Shown here: positions 53,662 through 64,000 of the stretch, one piece after another
How positions within the stretch are numbered: the first letter of the stretch is position 1
How the letters are laid out: every line of letters begins with the position of its first letter
Origin: an uncultured archaeon
Lineage (GTDB): Archaea; Thermoproteota; Bathyarchaeia; Bathyarchaeales; Bathycorpusculaceae
NCBI GenBank assembly: GCA_963782915.1
Contig: CAWALK010000012.1
Coordinates: 389,169-453,168 of the forward strand
Reading direction: 5' to 3'
Length of the DNA: 64,000 nucleotides
The notes under the pieces: model-generated
Told to the model about the DNA's origin: nothing
The model's database searches: none
The model's input: the letters and a program-made list of their open reading frames with translations, nothing else
Program-made: the position numbers and the translations under genes

Positions 53662-53677
53662 ATTCTAATGTTAGAAT
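53662..53677. promoter_or_regulatory. Palindromic operator upstream of the ArsR gene
   Basis: ATTCTAA-TG-TTAGAAT; its 12-nt reverse complement also occurs at 52627-52638. Confidence 0.55.
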
Positions 53678-53694
53678 ATTCGAAGGAACAAGCG

Positions 53695-54033
53695 ATGACT
53701 GAAAACCCCAAAATTGACATGACAATCTACAACTTACAAGCTGAAATATCAAAAACCTTAGCCAACCCAATTCGACTTGCCATACTCCACAACCTAAGAG
53801 ACACCGAAAAGAATGTTAACGAACTCACCGAAATCTTGGGCATCAGCCAATCCAATCTATCCCAACACTTAGCTCTCATGCGGCAGAAGGGCATACTCAA
53901 AACACGCAAACAAGGAACCAGCATCTACTACAGTGTCACTAACCCAAAAATCAACCAAGCCTGCGACACCGTGCGAGAGGTCCTAATAGACCAGCTAAAC
54001 CAAAAACATGAACTTGCCCAAAGTTTCCGGTAG
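53695..54033 (+). CDS. ArsR/SmtB family transcriptional regulator
   Basis: KTLANPIRLAIL..NVNEL..SQSNLSQHLALMR..G..IYY. Confidence 0.92.
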   Translation: MTENPKIDMTIYNLQAEISKTLANPIRLAILHNLRDTEKNVNELTEILGISQSNLSQHLALMRQKGILKTRKQGTSIYYSVTNPKINQACDTVREVLIDQLNQKHELAQSFR

Positions 54034-54192
54034 GGGTGAATAATGCAATGTTTGGGTGTGGTTGCGGCTCAATCTTTGGTTCAATATTTTGGCGATAGAG
54101 CGAATAATGGTCGAACGCGCGAAGTAATGCGCGAAGTAGTAGTCATCCTATAGTTACCACTAATTATCTTTGGTTATGTGAAAAATTGGAAG

Positions 54193-54531
54193 TTAAATGT
54201 CTTCGCGTTCTCTTTGGAACTTCGCACCACATGCAAGCAAACTGCTCATGTGATTTTCTACATGGAATTTATAGGCTTGAGCGTTTCCGATTCTTCTTGT
54301 TGGTATGACAAAGCCCATCTCTACAAGCTTCATCAATGCGTTTTTTGTAGTCTTGTAAGATAGGTTCGTTGACTCACATAGCATGGAGATAGTTTGCTCT
54401 GCGTTCCCTACAATATACGCTTGGTCGAAGATTCTGGCGATTGGTCCTCCGAAAATGCTTGAGAATGGTCCTTTTGTCGCATACTCCTACGAGTCTGCCT
54501 TTTTCTCACTGCTTTTCAGGATTTTTTGCAT
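54193..54531 (-). pseudogene. Winged-helix protein with an in-frame TAG at codon 15
   Basis: MQKILKSSEKKADS*EYATKGPFSSIFGG...NLSYKTTKNALMKLVEMGFV..TRRIGNAQAY. Confidence 0.5.
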
Positions 54532-54653
54532 AAAGCTTCAACCTCAGGAGCAGTATTATTACTAATTTACACTTAAAGTTTACTATTTCCCAATAAGATT
54601 GTAAAATATTCCAAAGCCGAAACGTTTAAACGGCAAGCGGTAGTTCCTCATTT

Positions 54654-55004
54654 ATGCCACCAAAAAATCTGGCTGCAATGAATCTAAGAGAACGTTTCTT
54701 TGCAGGTTTTATATTGAATAAAATGTGGCTCGATAGATATTGGTGTGGGGAAGGTAAAAAGCAGCATTTAGGTCACACATCATTGGACAACATCCCTAAA
54801 GGGCGTCCAAGAAATGAGAAGGGTGACATTTTAGAGGTAGCTGATGATTTAAGGCGTCTCGGTTTTATTTGTATTGTTTCGGCTACGCAAGATGAGCATG
54901 TATGTGCCAGCAGGTCTCCTATAATTATTGAAGAAGGCTTGATTGTCGTTAACTTCTATCGCACCTCCGTAGGGTTAAAGCCTTTGTCGAAAGATGACTT
55001 TTAA
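54654..55004 (+). CDS. Small archaeal hypothetical protein
   Basis: 116 aa with HTSLDNIPKG motif, divergent from the wHTH gene. Confidence 0.55.
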   Translation: MPPKNLAAMNLRERFFAGFILNKMWLDRYWCGEGKKQHLGHTSLDNIPKGRPRNEKGDILEVADDLRRLGFICIVSATQDEHVCASRSPIIIEEGLIVVNFYRTSVGLKPLSKDDF

Positions 55005-55134
55005 CCTTTTCATTGACTTTTTTGTTAAAAGTAAAATATGCCTTTCATAAAAAAAGCTAAACAAACTAAGGATTTATGTTAATCAATAATTTTGTTAAAA
55101 AAGGGCATGAAGCAAAATCGCCCTTGTTTGTATA

Positions 55135-56388
55135 TCATACAAGTAGGCTTAAAATATCAATCCCTAAGGAAAGTACCTTTAAACAGACAAAGGCTACCAG
55201 GAAAATTAATCCTGCAATCAAAAATGCAGGCAAGTAACCGATAGTTCCGGCTAAGTATGGCCCCAAAAAAGACCCCATGGCGGCTCCTCCGCCTGTTAAG
55301 ACTTCGATTATGCCTGATTTTCCTTGAGGCACAAGCGCCATAGAATTGCACAACATCAAAATAGAATAGATGGCGAAAGCAAAACCTAAACCTACCAGTA
55401 TTAAACCTGTCATGGCTAAAGGATAGAAAGATAGACCCACTACTCCGACGATAAGGAAAATAAGCAAGCTTCGTAGAAGGATCATTCGGCTTATCCGTTT
55501 TTTCGCGTCCCCACCAAACGCTCGATTTCGAATCAGGAAAAACCCCGAGGTTGCGCCAATCGAAACCAGCACGTAAACGCTAAAAACTGATCCAGCCTCT
55601 AATCCCAAATAATCCGTAAAGAAAACTGGAAGCGGCGTATAGAAAATACCTGTTGCTAAAGCGAAGAACAGTATGGCTAAACCGAACCCGAGAAACCGTG
55701 TCTGTTTGAAGCCTGATGTATCCATTTGGCCGTGCCACATTTTTGCGACTGTTTGGAATCCGCTGTGGGCGTAATCGAGTGTTCTTTCCATGCGTACTAA
55801 GTTGCGTTCGAAATTCATTATTGGGTCAGCTACAAAAAACAGGGAAAGTATGAAGGCAACTAGGCTTAAGGCGCTGCAAACATAGAATGAATAGATGGCG
55901 TTGATTCCGAAACTGTATGTTGCAGTGAAAGTTACAAAACCGATTCCTAAACCTATGATGAGGCCGATTTCTGTTAGGCCTTCGTAGACTGCGTATGCTC
56001 TGCCCCATTGGTTATGTGAATAATTTTCTGCGACTAAGACGTTTTTTGGGGATTCATGCGCGATATGGAGCATGCTCATTAAAACGTACAATACGGCAAA
56101 GACAACTAAGTTTTGAGTAAAAGGGAGTGTGAACATGAATAGTATTATCGCTGAGGATAGGAATGATAGCAGGATGAATGCTTTGTAGCGTCTTATTCTG
56201 TCACATATCCAACCCCAAAAGTAAGAAGCGGGTATGGTGCAAAGCACTGAAAGGCCGATTATTATGCCTAAATCTGTGAGGCTTCCGCCTAATCCGCCTG
56301 AAATTACCGAAGTGGCAATGTACATGGGGACGAATACTGAAAGTAACCCATAAGCCATCTCATGGAAGAATGTCCCTAAACGCCACAT
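55135..56388 (-). CDS. MFS transporter
   Basis: About 12 TM helices, motif A WGWICDRIRR. Confidence 0.88.
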   Translation of the reverse strand: MWRLGTFFHEMAYGLLSVFVPMYIATSVISGGLGGSLTDLGIIIGLSVLCTIPASYFWGWICDRIRRYKAFILLSFLSSAIILFMFTLPFTQNLVVFAVLYVLMSMLHIAHESPKNVLVAENYSHNQWGRAYAVYEGLTEIGLIIGLGIGFVTFTATYSFGINAIYSFYVCSALSLVAFILSLFFVADPIMNFERNLVRMERTLDYAHSGFQTVAKMWHGQMDTSGFKQTRFLGFGLAILFFALATGIFYTPLPVFFTDYLGLEAGSVFSVYVLVSIGATSGFFLIRNRAFGGDAKKRISRMILLRSLLIFLIVGVVGLSFYPLAMTGLILVGLGFAFAIYSILMLCNSMALVPQGKSGIIEVLTGGGAAMGSFLGPYLAGTIGYLPAFLIAGLIFLVAFVCLKVLSLGIDILSLLV

Positions 56389-56556
56389 AGCAACGATTCG
56401 ATGTCATGGTAAAATTAAAACTTGACTGTAAGGCTAAGAGTTAGAACTTGAACGTTAAAGCTGTTTATGCCCTTCTCTTAATCTCACCTTAACGCAACTG
56501 TCGGCGAGCTAGAACTTCCTGAACTGCTTTTGTATAATTAGTCTATTTTTAGTATC

Positions 56557-57105
56557 TTAGGCAGGGTATTTCTTTTCTTCGATGAGGTTTCCTGTGATTG
56601 TAATCAGGAGTGTGTTGCCGTTTAGAGTGACGACTTTATGTTTTCTTTTCAAGTTGTAAAATGTAACGAATTTCTGCGGAATCTGAAAGGTGATCTTTTC
56701 TTGTTTTTTGATTAGAGTTGTTCCATTGAAGCAGGCGGATTCTTTCCATTCAGGTATTTCGCTGCCAGCTACTCCGATTGTTGTGCTGTCTAAGGCATAG
56801 ACGTAAGCTTGGTTTTGCCATTCCCCGTTTTCTGAATGCAGAAGGTTTGATGGTACTTCGATTAAGTCTTGAGGTTTGCAATCTTTTGGGTAAATTAGAT
56901 TTACTAATCGACCGTTTCGTTGTGTGCTTTTAATTAGAATTTGGGTCTCGTTTACTAGGCGTCTTATGGCACCGTCTACTTTGCCGCTTGGCCAATCAAG
57001 CCGTTTGGTGAGCTCATACTGAGAAAGTCCTGGATTGCTATTCACTATGTCTAGTAGTAGTTTGTTTGATTTTAGGCCTCTTTTGTTTTTGACTATTTCT
57101 TGCAT
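56557..57105 (-). CDS. Winged-HTH DNA-binding protein
   Basis: NPGLSQYELTKRLDWPSGKVDGAIRRL. Confidence 0.7.
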   Translation of the reverse strand: MQEIVKNKRGLKSNKLLLDIVNSNPGLSQYELTKRLDWPSGKVDGAIRRLVNETQILIKSTQRNGRLVNLIYPKDCKPQDLIEVPSNLLHSENGEWQNQAYVYALDSTTIGVAGSEIPEWKESACFNGTTLIKKQEKITFQIPQKFVTFYNLKRKHKVVTLNGNTLLITITGNLIEEKKYPA

Positions 57106-57579
57106 TTCCAGTTTTCACTTCAGAGCTTAATTTTATGATAGTAATGATAAAACATAAAGCTTTTGGAATATTCCAACAAAAATTACCGGAAGATTACTCG
57201 AAATATGCCAAGACTTTTATTACGACTTGGGTAAAATGATACAACATATATTCACCTGGCGACCGTAAAAATGTTAGACGCCGACTCTACGGTGCACCAA
57301 TAGACATCGGTCGTCAGCCTCAAACTTGGATATCCAAGCATAGAGGCTTTGCCAGCATAGAATGGATGGAAAGCCAAGTTAGATATGGCGAGTGGATTCC
57401 TGATAGATTAAGTGCACAGCAATTTCTTGTTTATTCCGTTGTTCTAGACGGTATAAAACCGTTAGTAATTGTAATCAAAGTACGCGAGTTTGAGTCGTGT
57501 GCGCTTGTTTATCATGCTCACGTTTTAAGGAAGAAGTAACAGTTTTTAACTTCAAAAGCCTCAGGTTGGGTTGATTGTT

Positions 57580-58194
57580 ATGTTCTTTAGACAGATCAAG
57601 CTGCACGGCGACAACTTTAGCTACATCATAGCTGACGAGCAAACTCGTGAAGCCGCCGTTGTCGACTCAAGTTATAACGCAGACGAAATCCTCAAAACAG
57701 TAAAAACCCAAAATCTGCAGTTAAAATACATTATAAACACTCATGGCCACTCGGACCACACGGCGGGCAACGCAGAACTTAAAATTACCCTCAACGCCAA
57801 AATTGTTGCCCACAAACAAACAAGAATCCCCCGCGACGTCGTAGTTGAAGATGGCGACGAATTGCACGTTGGCAGCATCACCTTAAAAGTCATCTATACA
57901 CCCGGTCACACCCCAGACGGCATCTGCCTGTTAGTCGACAACCAGAAGCTCTTAACCGGCGACACCCTATTTGTGGGGGAATGCGGAAGAACTGATTTAT
58001 CCGGAGGCAACACAGCGCTCCTTTACGAAAGCCTGTTTGGTAAGCTTCTAAAACTCGACGACAGTATCGAAGTCTATCCGGGCCACGACTACGGCGCAAA
58101 CCCCTCCTCAACCATAGGAATCGAACGAAAAACAAACTATGTCCTGCAACCCAGAAGCAAAAGCGAATTCGTAGCGTTTATGAGTCAACCGTAG
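57580..58194 (+). CDS. Metallo-beta-lactamase fold hydrolase (glyoxalase II-like)
   Basis: THGHSDH, TPGHT, TGDTLF, GRTD, YPGHDY. Confidence 0.92.
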   Translation: MFFRQIKLHGDNFSYIIADEQTREAAVVDSSYNADEILKTVKTQNLQLKYIINTHGHSDHTAGNAELKITLNAKIVAHKQTRIPRDVVVEDGDELHVGSITLKVIYTPGHTPDGICLLVDNQKLLTGDTLFVGECGRTDLSGGNTALLYESLFGKLLKLDDSIEVYPGHDYGANPSSTIGIERKTNYVLQPRSKSEFVAFMSQP

Positions 58195-59096
58195 CTTCAT
58201 GATGTTTTCTTCTCTTTGGAATCACCATAAGAATCGCAAAAAGCACAATCACAAACACGAGCGGAATAGCGATCACAGGTTGCAACAAAACATTTAGCAC
58301 CATACTTAAAAATTGGACGACAGGGTTATCCAACAAAGTCTGTGGAGGTGTATTCTCAGCTGAGACAGGCAGATCCTGATAACTAATCGGCATAGGCAAA
58401 GTGACCGAGTTCTGCGTTAACCATCGGCTCACAGGATGGAAACTCGACGCATTGGTCATCCACCCAAAAACGGTTGCCACACCATAGGTATCCAACGTAG
58501 AAACCCCTTCAGGTGAACCGCCTAAAGTGTAGAGTGAATACATTAAATCACCCGTAAAATTGCTGTGGCCCAAACCTAAACCATGGCCTAACTCATGTAA
58601 AGCAATATTTTGCATGTCAACGTTTCTCAATAAGTCACCCTGATTGGTGTGCACGGCCAGGCTGATTGAGCAGTTAAGTATGGAGCTATCCGAGTTAACG
58701 TAGGTTTTTGCTAATCCTACCTCATCGGAACTGTTGCTAAGCGAGGCTTCTGTCCAATTAAAATACAAATCATAACCCCTCAAAGTAACATTCGAGACGT
58801 CCCATCGAACCGCTACATTTGAAAGGTACGAAAAATCTGAGTAATTAGCCGCAAAATCAACTTAAAGCATCGTTCCATTGACCAATTGCCCGCAAAGTGT
58901 CATTGGTGTAATCGGGATTCCACCATGATTCATTTTCCGCTGTGACAACAAGCGCCGACAATGTCGAATGGTTCCATGCGAATCCTTGAAGCTGCACAGA
59001 ATAGGTATCCTGCGCTTGCACAACAGTTAAGCCACTGCTAAGGCTGCCTGCCAAAAAAATGCATGAAAGCAAGAAAAACACAAAAAAACGATGCAT
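58178..59096 (-). CDS. Membrane-anchored matrixin-family zinc metalloprotease (frameshifted)
   Basis: Signal peptide in 58857-59096; HELGHGLGLGHS + Met-turn DLMY; C-terminal TM. Confidence 0.8.
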
Positions 59097-59496
59097 AGAA
59101 TTCCTATATAAAAAAAGATATAGACCGTTTTAAACTTGCTGACAAGCAAAACCGCAGTCAACACCAAACAAAACGCCAAATACTATGCACTGCATACAAC
59201 CAACGATATGGTGAAGTTCATTTGACAGCGAACGCAAACCGGTTTATTAGGATACTTATTTATCCATCCTGTTCTAATCATTGGGTTTAATAGTTTAGCA
59301 GGCGTTGAAGACAAAAACAAAACTTAAAGAGCATAAAAGGCATATTGAAGAATGACGAAAATAATGAAGAATTACTTTATCTCTACAGCAAATGCACAAC
59401 TTGTAAGCCTGAACACTTTTCATTTCACCGCTTTGCTAGAGATAAATCACCCATATGATACAAAACTCGTATTCCAGACCAGCTGGCAGGAACTGA

Positions 59497-60771
59497 ATGA
59501 ACCTAATTTCTGACATAATCTCCATAGTGCTGCTTGGAGTTCTGCTTTTCTGGACCGTATACAATGGTTCAATCATTTACGTTGGCGTGAGAAATAAACG
59601 GAAAGAAGAAGCGCTCATTAAAAGCAAGTCTGCAGAAATTGCCAACGTCGCTGATCTTCCTACTTACTCGATTATAGTGCCGACTAAAAACGAGGAAACC
59701 GTAATCCGTAGATGCCTCGACGGTATCTTAAACATCGATTACCCCAAAGAAAAAATGCAGGTTATAGTGGTTGATGGAAACTCTACCGATAAAACCTGTG
59801 AAATATCCCGCGAATTCGAAGCAAAATACCCCGAAACTTTCAAGGTAATGTGTGAGCAAACTACTCGAGGTAAGCCTGCAGCGCTTAACCTTACATTACC
59901 CTATTTGACAGGCGATATAGTCGTAACTTTTGATGCAGATAGTTTACCTGAACCAGACGTCTTCAAGAAAGCCGCAGGCTACTTTGCTGACAAAAACCTG
60001 GTGGCTCTGCAAGGTAGGACAACTTCAATTAACGAAAGAAGCAATGCCTTGACCAGAGTTATCTCTATGGAAGAGAAAACTTGGTATCAAATGCTTCTTA
60101 GCGGTCGAGAGAAACTCCAATTGTTCATTCCGTTAAATGGAACTTGCCAATTCGTCAGACGCAATATACTAAATGAGCTTGGTGGTTGGGACGAAAACTC
60201 CCTAACAGAAGATGTTGAATTAGCTCTAAGATTAATAGAGAAGAATCATCATGTCAAATATGCGCCTGATATATGCTCTGGTCAAGAAACTCCAACGCTT
60301 CTGCGTAGCTTAATCAAGCAGCGGGTTCGTTGGTACCGTGGCTATATGGAAACAGCCCTGAAATATGGGCGCCTTCTTGATAATATTAACAAGCGGACTC
60401 TTGATGCGGAAATATCGCTTGCAGGGCCTTTTATGATGATTGTGTCTTTGCTCAGTTATGTGAACTGGTTCATAGTTGCATTATTCCTCTCTGGCAGCAC
60501 ACCCGTCTTGAACTTCACTGGTTTAGTCATCGCATTAACCGCGGTTTCATTGGTTTCAATAGGAGTTGGATTAACTGCTTCAGAGAAGCCGATTAAAAAA
60601 CGAAATGTCCTCTGGATACCTACAATCTATGTTTACTGGCTATTGCAAATGTTCATCGCTGGCTGGGCATTTTTGAAATTAATATTTAGACGTAAAAGAG
60701 AATGGACTAGAACCGACAAAAATGGCTCTCAAGCCTCAACTGGTACCGTCAAGAAGGGGTATTTTCCCTGA
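59497..60771 (+). CDS. GT2 processive glycosyltransferase
   Basis: VDGNSTD, GKPAALN, DAD, TED, QRVRW. Confidence 0.93.
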   Translation: MNLISDIISIVLLGVLLFWTVYNGSIIYVGVRNKRKEEALIKSKSAEIANVADLPTYSIIVPTKNEETVIRRCLDGILNIDYPKEKMQVIVVDGNSTDKTCEISREFEAKYPETFKVMCEQTTRGKPAALNLTLPYLTGDIVVTFDADSLPEPDVFKKAAGYFADKNLVALQGRTTSINERSNALTRVISMEEKTWYQMLLSGREKLQLFIPLNGTCQFVRRNILNELGGWDENSLTEDVELALRLIEKNHHVKYAPDICSGQETPTLLRSLIKQRVRWYRGYMETALKYGRLLDNINKRTLDAEISLAGPFMMIVSLLSYVNWFIVALFLSGSTPVLNFTGLVIALTAVSLVSIGVGLTASEKPIKKRNVLWIPTIYVYWLLQMFIAGWAFLKLIFRRKREWTRTDKNGSQASTGTVKKGYFP

Positions 60772-60985
60772 AGTTAACCCTTCATCCAACACCCTGCGAC
60801 TTATACCCAAAAAATGCAATAAAGAAAAATAGGTTTTAAGTTGACCAACCCGCTCTATTGCCTTACTAGGGAAAATGCATTTTAGGGCGTCAACCAAACA
60901 TTTTTGCAAGGTAATTAAAATCATGGGCAGGCAACCAACGTCGCCATAATCCGCCTTTTATAAATTCTGAGGGTGATTACAGAGC

Positions 60986-62119
60986 TTGAGAGTGTGCTTT
61001 GTATCCTCGTATCCGCCAAACAGAGCTCGCCTTAGTGAATATGCCCAAAATTTAGTGACTGCCTTAGCTAACCGGGAAGCGATAGATGAAATCTACTTGT
61101 TAGTAGATAAAAGCTGCTACACCGAAAAAAGTGTTAGTGAAAACCCTAAAGTTAAAATTTACAGGGTTTGGCAAGCGGATTCCTTCTTCTCAATTCTAAA
61201 TGTTATGAGGTTTATCCTAAAAATTAGGCCAGATGTGGTGCATTTTAACGTTTCCTTCCAGAGTTTTGGGAAATCAAAACTTACGAACCTCGCCGGTTTA
61301 TCATTAATTATTATCTGTCGCCACCTAGGTTTTTGTGTGCTGGCTGGTGTGCATACGCTTGCGGATATGGCTGATTTAGAAAAATTCAATGTTAAACCCA
61401 CTGTAATAAACAAGGTTGGGATTCTTGTTGCTACAAAAATTGTTCTCTCCGCCCAAAACGTTGTAGTATTAGTGAAAGGGTATGGCGATTTCTTAAAGCA
61501 ACGTTACCACCATAAAGGCGTTTTATACATCCCCCATGGAACAACTGTTGTTGTAGATCCCTTGATAGATCATCCAGAAAAAACTATCCTGCTTTTTGGG
61601 CATATGGGACCTCATAAAGGTCTTCCAGTGATGCTTGAGGCATTCAAAAAAATAAGAGAGCAAAAAGCTAACGTTAAATTGATTGTGGCCGGCACGAATC
61701 ACCCCAACTATCCGAATTACTTGCAGCAATTCATCAAAGCGCATACACCAAACGTTGAATTTACAGGTTATATCCCTGAAGGCAAGCTTGGGACGGTTTT
61801 TGAGCAGGCTGATGTGGTGGTTCTGCCTTATCATGCGGCACCGGGAACTAGCGGAGTTTTCCATATCGCCTGTGGCTACAGCCGACCTGTTGTAGCATCA
61901 GATTTACCTGAAATTCGTGAACTCGTTAATGAGGGTGCATCAGCGATTTTGGTTCCACCGGGAGATGTGGAGGCTCTTAAAGATGCGCTTATGTCAGTAT
62001 TATTCGATGAAGAGGTTGCACGTAAGATGAGTAAACAAAACCTGCTTTTTGCGCAGAAAGAAAGTTGGAGTGCAGTAGCGAAAGCGTATGAAGATGCTTA
62101 TTTCGCACTTCAGAAATAG
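60986..62119 (+). CDS. GT4 glycosyltransferase
   Basis: SSYPP, HKGL, DVVVLPY, PVVASD. Confidence 0.9.
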   Translation: MRVCFVSSYPPNRARLSEYAQNLVTALANREAIDEIYLLVDKSCYTEKSVSENPKVKIYRVWQADSFFSILNVMRFILKIRPDVVHFNVSFQSFGKSKLTNLAGLSLIIICRHLGFCVLAGVHTLADMADLEKFNVKPTVINKVGILVATKIVLSAQNVVVLVKGYGDFLKQRYHHKGVLYIPHGTTVVVDPLIDHPEKTILLFGHMGPHKGLPVMLEAFKKIREQKANVKLIVAGTNHPNYPNYLQQFIKAHTPNVEFTGYIPEGKLGTVFEQADVVVLPYHAAPGTSGVFHIACGYSRPVVASDLPEIRELVNEGASAILVPPGDVEALKDALMSVLFDEEVARKMSKQNLLFAQKESWSAVAKAYEDAYFALQK

Positions 62120-62198
62120 AACACTTAATTGAATTCCTTTTTGCAGGCTGTTTTGGGAAAATCTTTAACTGTATATATCCCTTTTTTTAAACTCTACC

Positions 62199-63684
62199 TT
62201 GAACAGAAAAAAGCTAATACTTCCGTTGCTTGCGTTCTTTATCCCACTCTTAGTCAGGTTAATTCCTGAAGTTATCATGGGACCCTACCTTGTGGGTTTC
62301 GACGTGATGGCTCATTATGTCCCAACCACACTGCTTTGGCTTAACGGCAATGTGACTCTGTGGAGTTTTGTTGCCACCGCACCATTGCTGTATGTAATAA
62401 CGGCTGGATTGACTCTCATCAGCGGATCAGTATTCATAGTCCTCAAAATTCTGCCATCAGTATTGCTCGGTTTCTTGGGGCTAGCAATTTACACTTATGC
62501 CCGACGCGGCTTGGCTTGGTCTCCTAAAAAAAGCCTCATTCCCGCCTTGGTCGGCACATTATATTTTGTCGCTTTACGTATTTCGTGGGATGCTCTGCGT
62601 GAAGAAATAGCGATAATCTTTCTATTTCTCGTGTTAACAGCAATTGCCCAGATCGCTGCAGGTAAATCCAGCAAGAAAAATTATGTTCTGTTAGCTTTGT
62701 CTTTGGGCGCTGTTGTTTTGTCTAATCAAGTAGTTGCTGTTCTGGCAATGGGTATTGCGTTGTTCACAGTTGTCTATATGTTCCTTCGTCAGGGTCGTCT
62801 TAATGCACTGCGAACACTTGTGTTCTCTTTGCCGGCGGCGGTGTTATTTCTGGCAATCTTTTATCTAAGCCCCAGTATCCCTGAATACCGTATAATTTTT
62901 GGTTTCCCAAGCACCCCCGATGGCTGGTTATCAATATTTGGTTACGCTTCATATCCAGAAATGTTGGCAAGTGAAGCTGTGTTCATCGTGTACTGTTTTG
63001 TTCTTCTTTTGCCGCTTGCACTGCTGAGTATACGGCGCTTCAAAAACTTCCAGATGCGCAGCTGGATCGTTTTAATTGCAATAGCTGCCTTCATTCCCCT
63101 GGTAAGTCCCAGCGGGTTACGGTTGATTATGTTGCTTACTTATCCTTTAGCATTCTATGCAACCGACGCGTTAAGTGTGCTCAAGTCTGTCCATTGGAAA
63201 CGTTTCACTAAACCTCTTGTTGGAGCTGGGAATGGTTTACCTTGTGGCTGTAACGGCGGTTTTCAGTTTGGGCTTCATGGTGATGCCTGGTGAAGCAGCT
63301 TTTCCATATTTCGGAGCAATGAATACTCACATCTACCAGATACCCTCCTCGATGCTTCAGAATACCGTTTCCATAACTGATTGCCCAGGGGTTGCGGATG
63401 CTATGCAATGGCTAAAAAGCAACATGACTGATGATGCAGTTTTGATATCTCATAGGGCATTTTATGGTTGGGCGCTGTCCAGTTTGGATAAGGACCAAGT
63501 TATATTGTATGAGTATGATAACCCTGCTGATACAGCAGTTAGGGTTGCTAAAGATTACAGCCAAAGTTTACTTGGTTTGGTGGGTGGATGGGCAAGGCTG
63601 GTATGGATTGCCGTCTGTTCCGTCTGTTTCCATGAAGTGTACAGTTCGGGAAGAATTGCTATATACACTTACACAGCTAATTAA
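62199..63684 (+). CDS. Polytopic membrane protein, GT-C-like (frameshifted)
   Basis: Many TM helices, VGFD loop, soluble C-terminal domain in ORF 63175-63684. Confidence 0.65.
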
Positions 63685-63735
63685 TAGTAAAGTGAGCACT
63701 CAACCATGGATTTGACAGTACTCCGCTGTTTTATT

Positions 63736-64000
63736 ATGAGGCATAAACTAGCGGCAATTCTGGTTGTAGGAGTTATTGTTAGGCTCATTTTGATGCCCAT
63801 TTCAGCGCATCCCTTTGATGTAAGCATTTGGTACAGCGTTTCTGAAAATATTTTGAAAAATGGCCCTTTTAATTTGCAGGGGGTTCCTCCGTTATGGTAC
63901 CATTACACGATGATTCCGATTGCTTATGGTTATAATTGGCTTTCTGGAGTTTTGTCTACAGGTGCTATTCCTATGAATTCCCTTCCAGCGGCATTGGATT
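63736..64000 (+). CDS. Partial GT-C-like membrane glycosyltransferase (runs off the window)
   Basis: MRHKLAAILVVGVIVRLILMPISAHPFD..PPLWY. Confidence 0.6.
   Translation, partial: MRHKLAAILVVGVIVRLILMPISAHPFDVSIWYSVSENILKNGPFNLQGVPPLWYHYTMIPIAYGYNWLSGVLSTGAIPMNSLPAALD

Overview
Archaeal chromosomal DNA, most likely Bathyarchaeia. This is inferred from TATA-type promoters, BHB tRNA introns, a PEF-CTERM surface protein and gene content. The assembly looks like uncorrected long-read sequence, since many housekeeping genes carry single-base frameshifts. The left ~8 kb is a tRNA hotspot. tRNA-Arg(CCU) has a 26-nt BHB intron at position 9/10 and is preceded by an HTH + PD-(D/E)XK nuclease gene, which is itself preceded by an intron-LESS copy of the same tRNA 5' end. 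This suggests an endonuclease cassette that delivers a tRNA intron. Downstream of that tRNA lie tandem att copies with a split SSV1-type integrase remnant, a PAS histidine kinase and CorA. Nearby are a circularly permuted peptide-binding protein, tRNA-Leu(UAA) with a 22/23 intron and two paralogous ~150-nt rod-shaped candidate ncRNAs. The rest holds a GH63-like hydrolase, larE/larC/larB with a CbiMNQO-type Ni/Co transporter behind tandem NikR-like boxes, surface proteins and cysteine synthase. It also holds a six-gene Ehr/Hyf-like complex whose small subunit has lost all four canonical Fe-S cysteines, a subtilase, and a CbpA/CbpB-like peptide + radical SAM pair. Finally there is a complete Ku/LigD NHEJ operon, a PIN toxin-antitoxin pair, regulators, an MFS transporter and glycosyltransferases.
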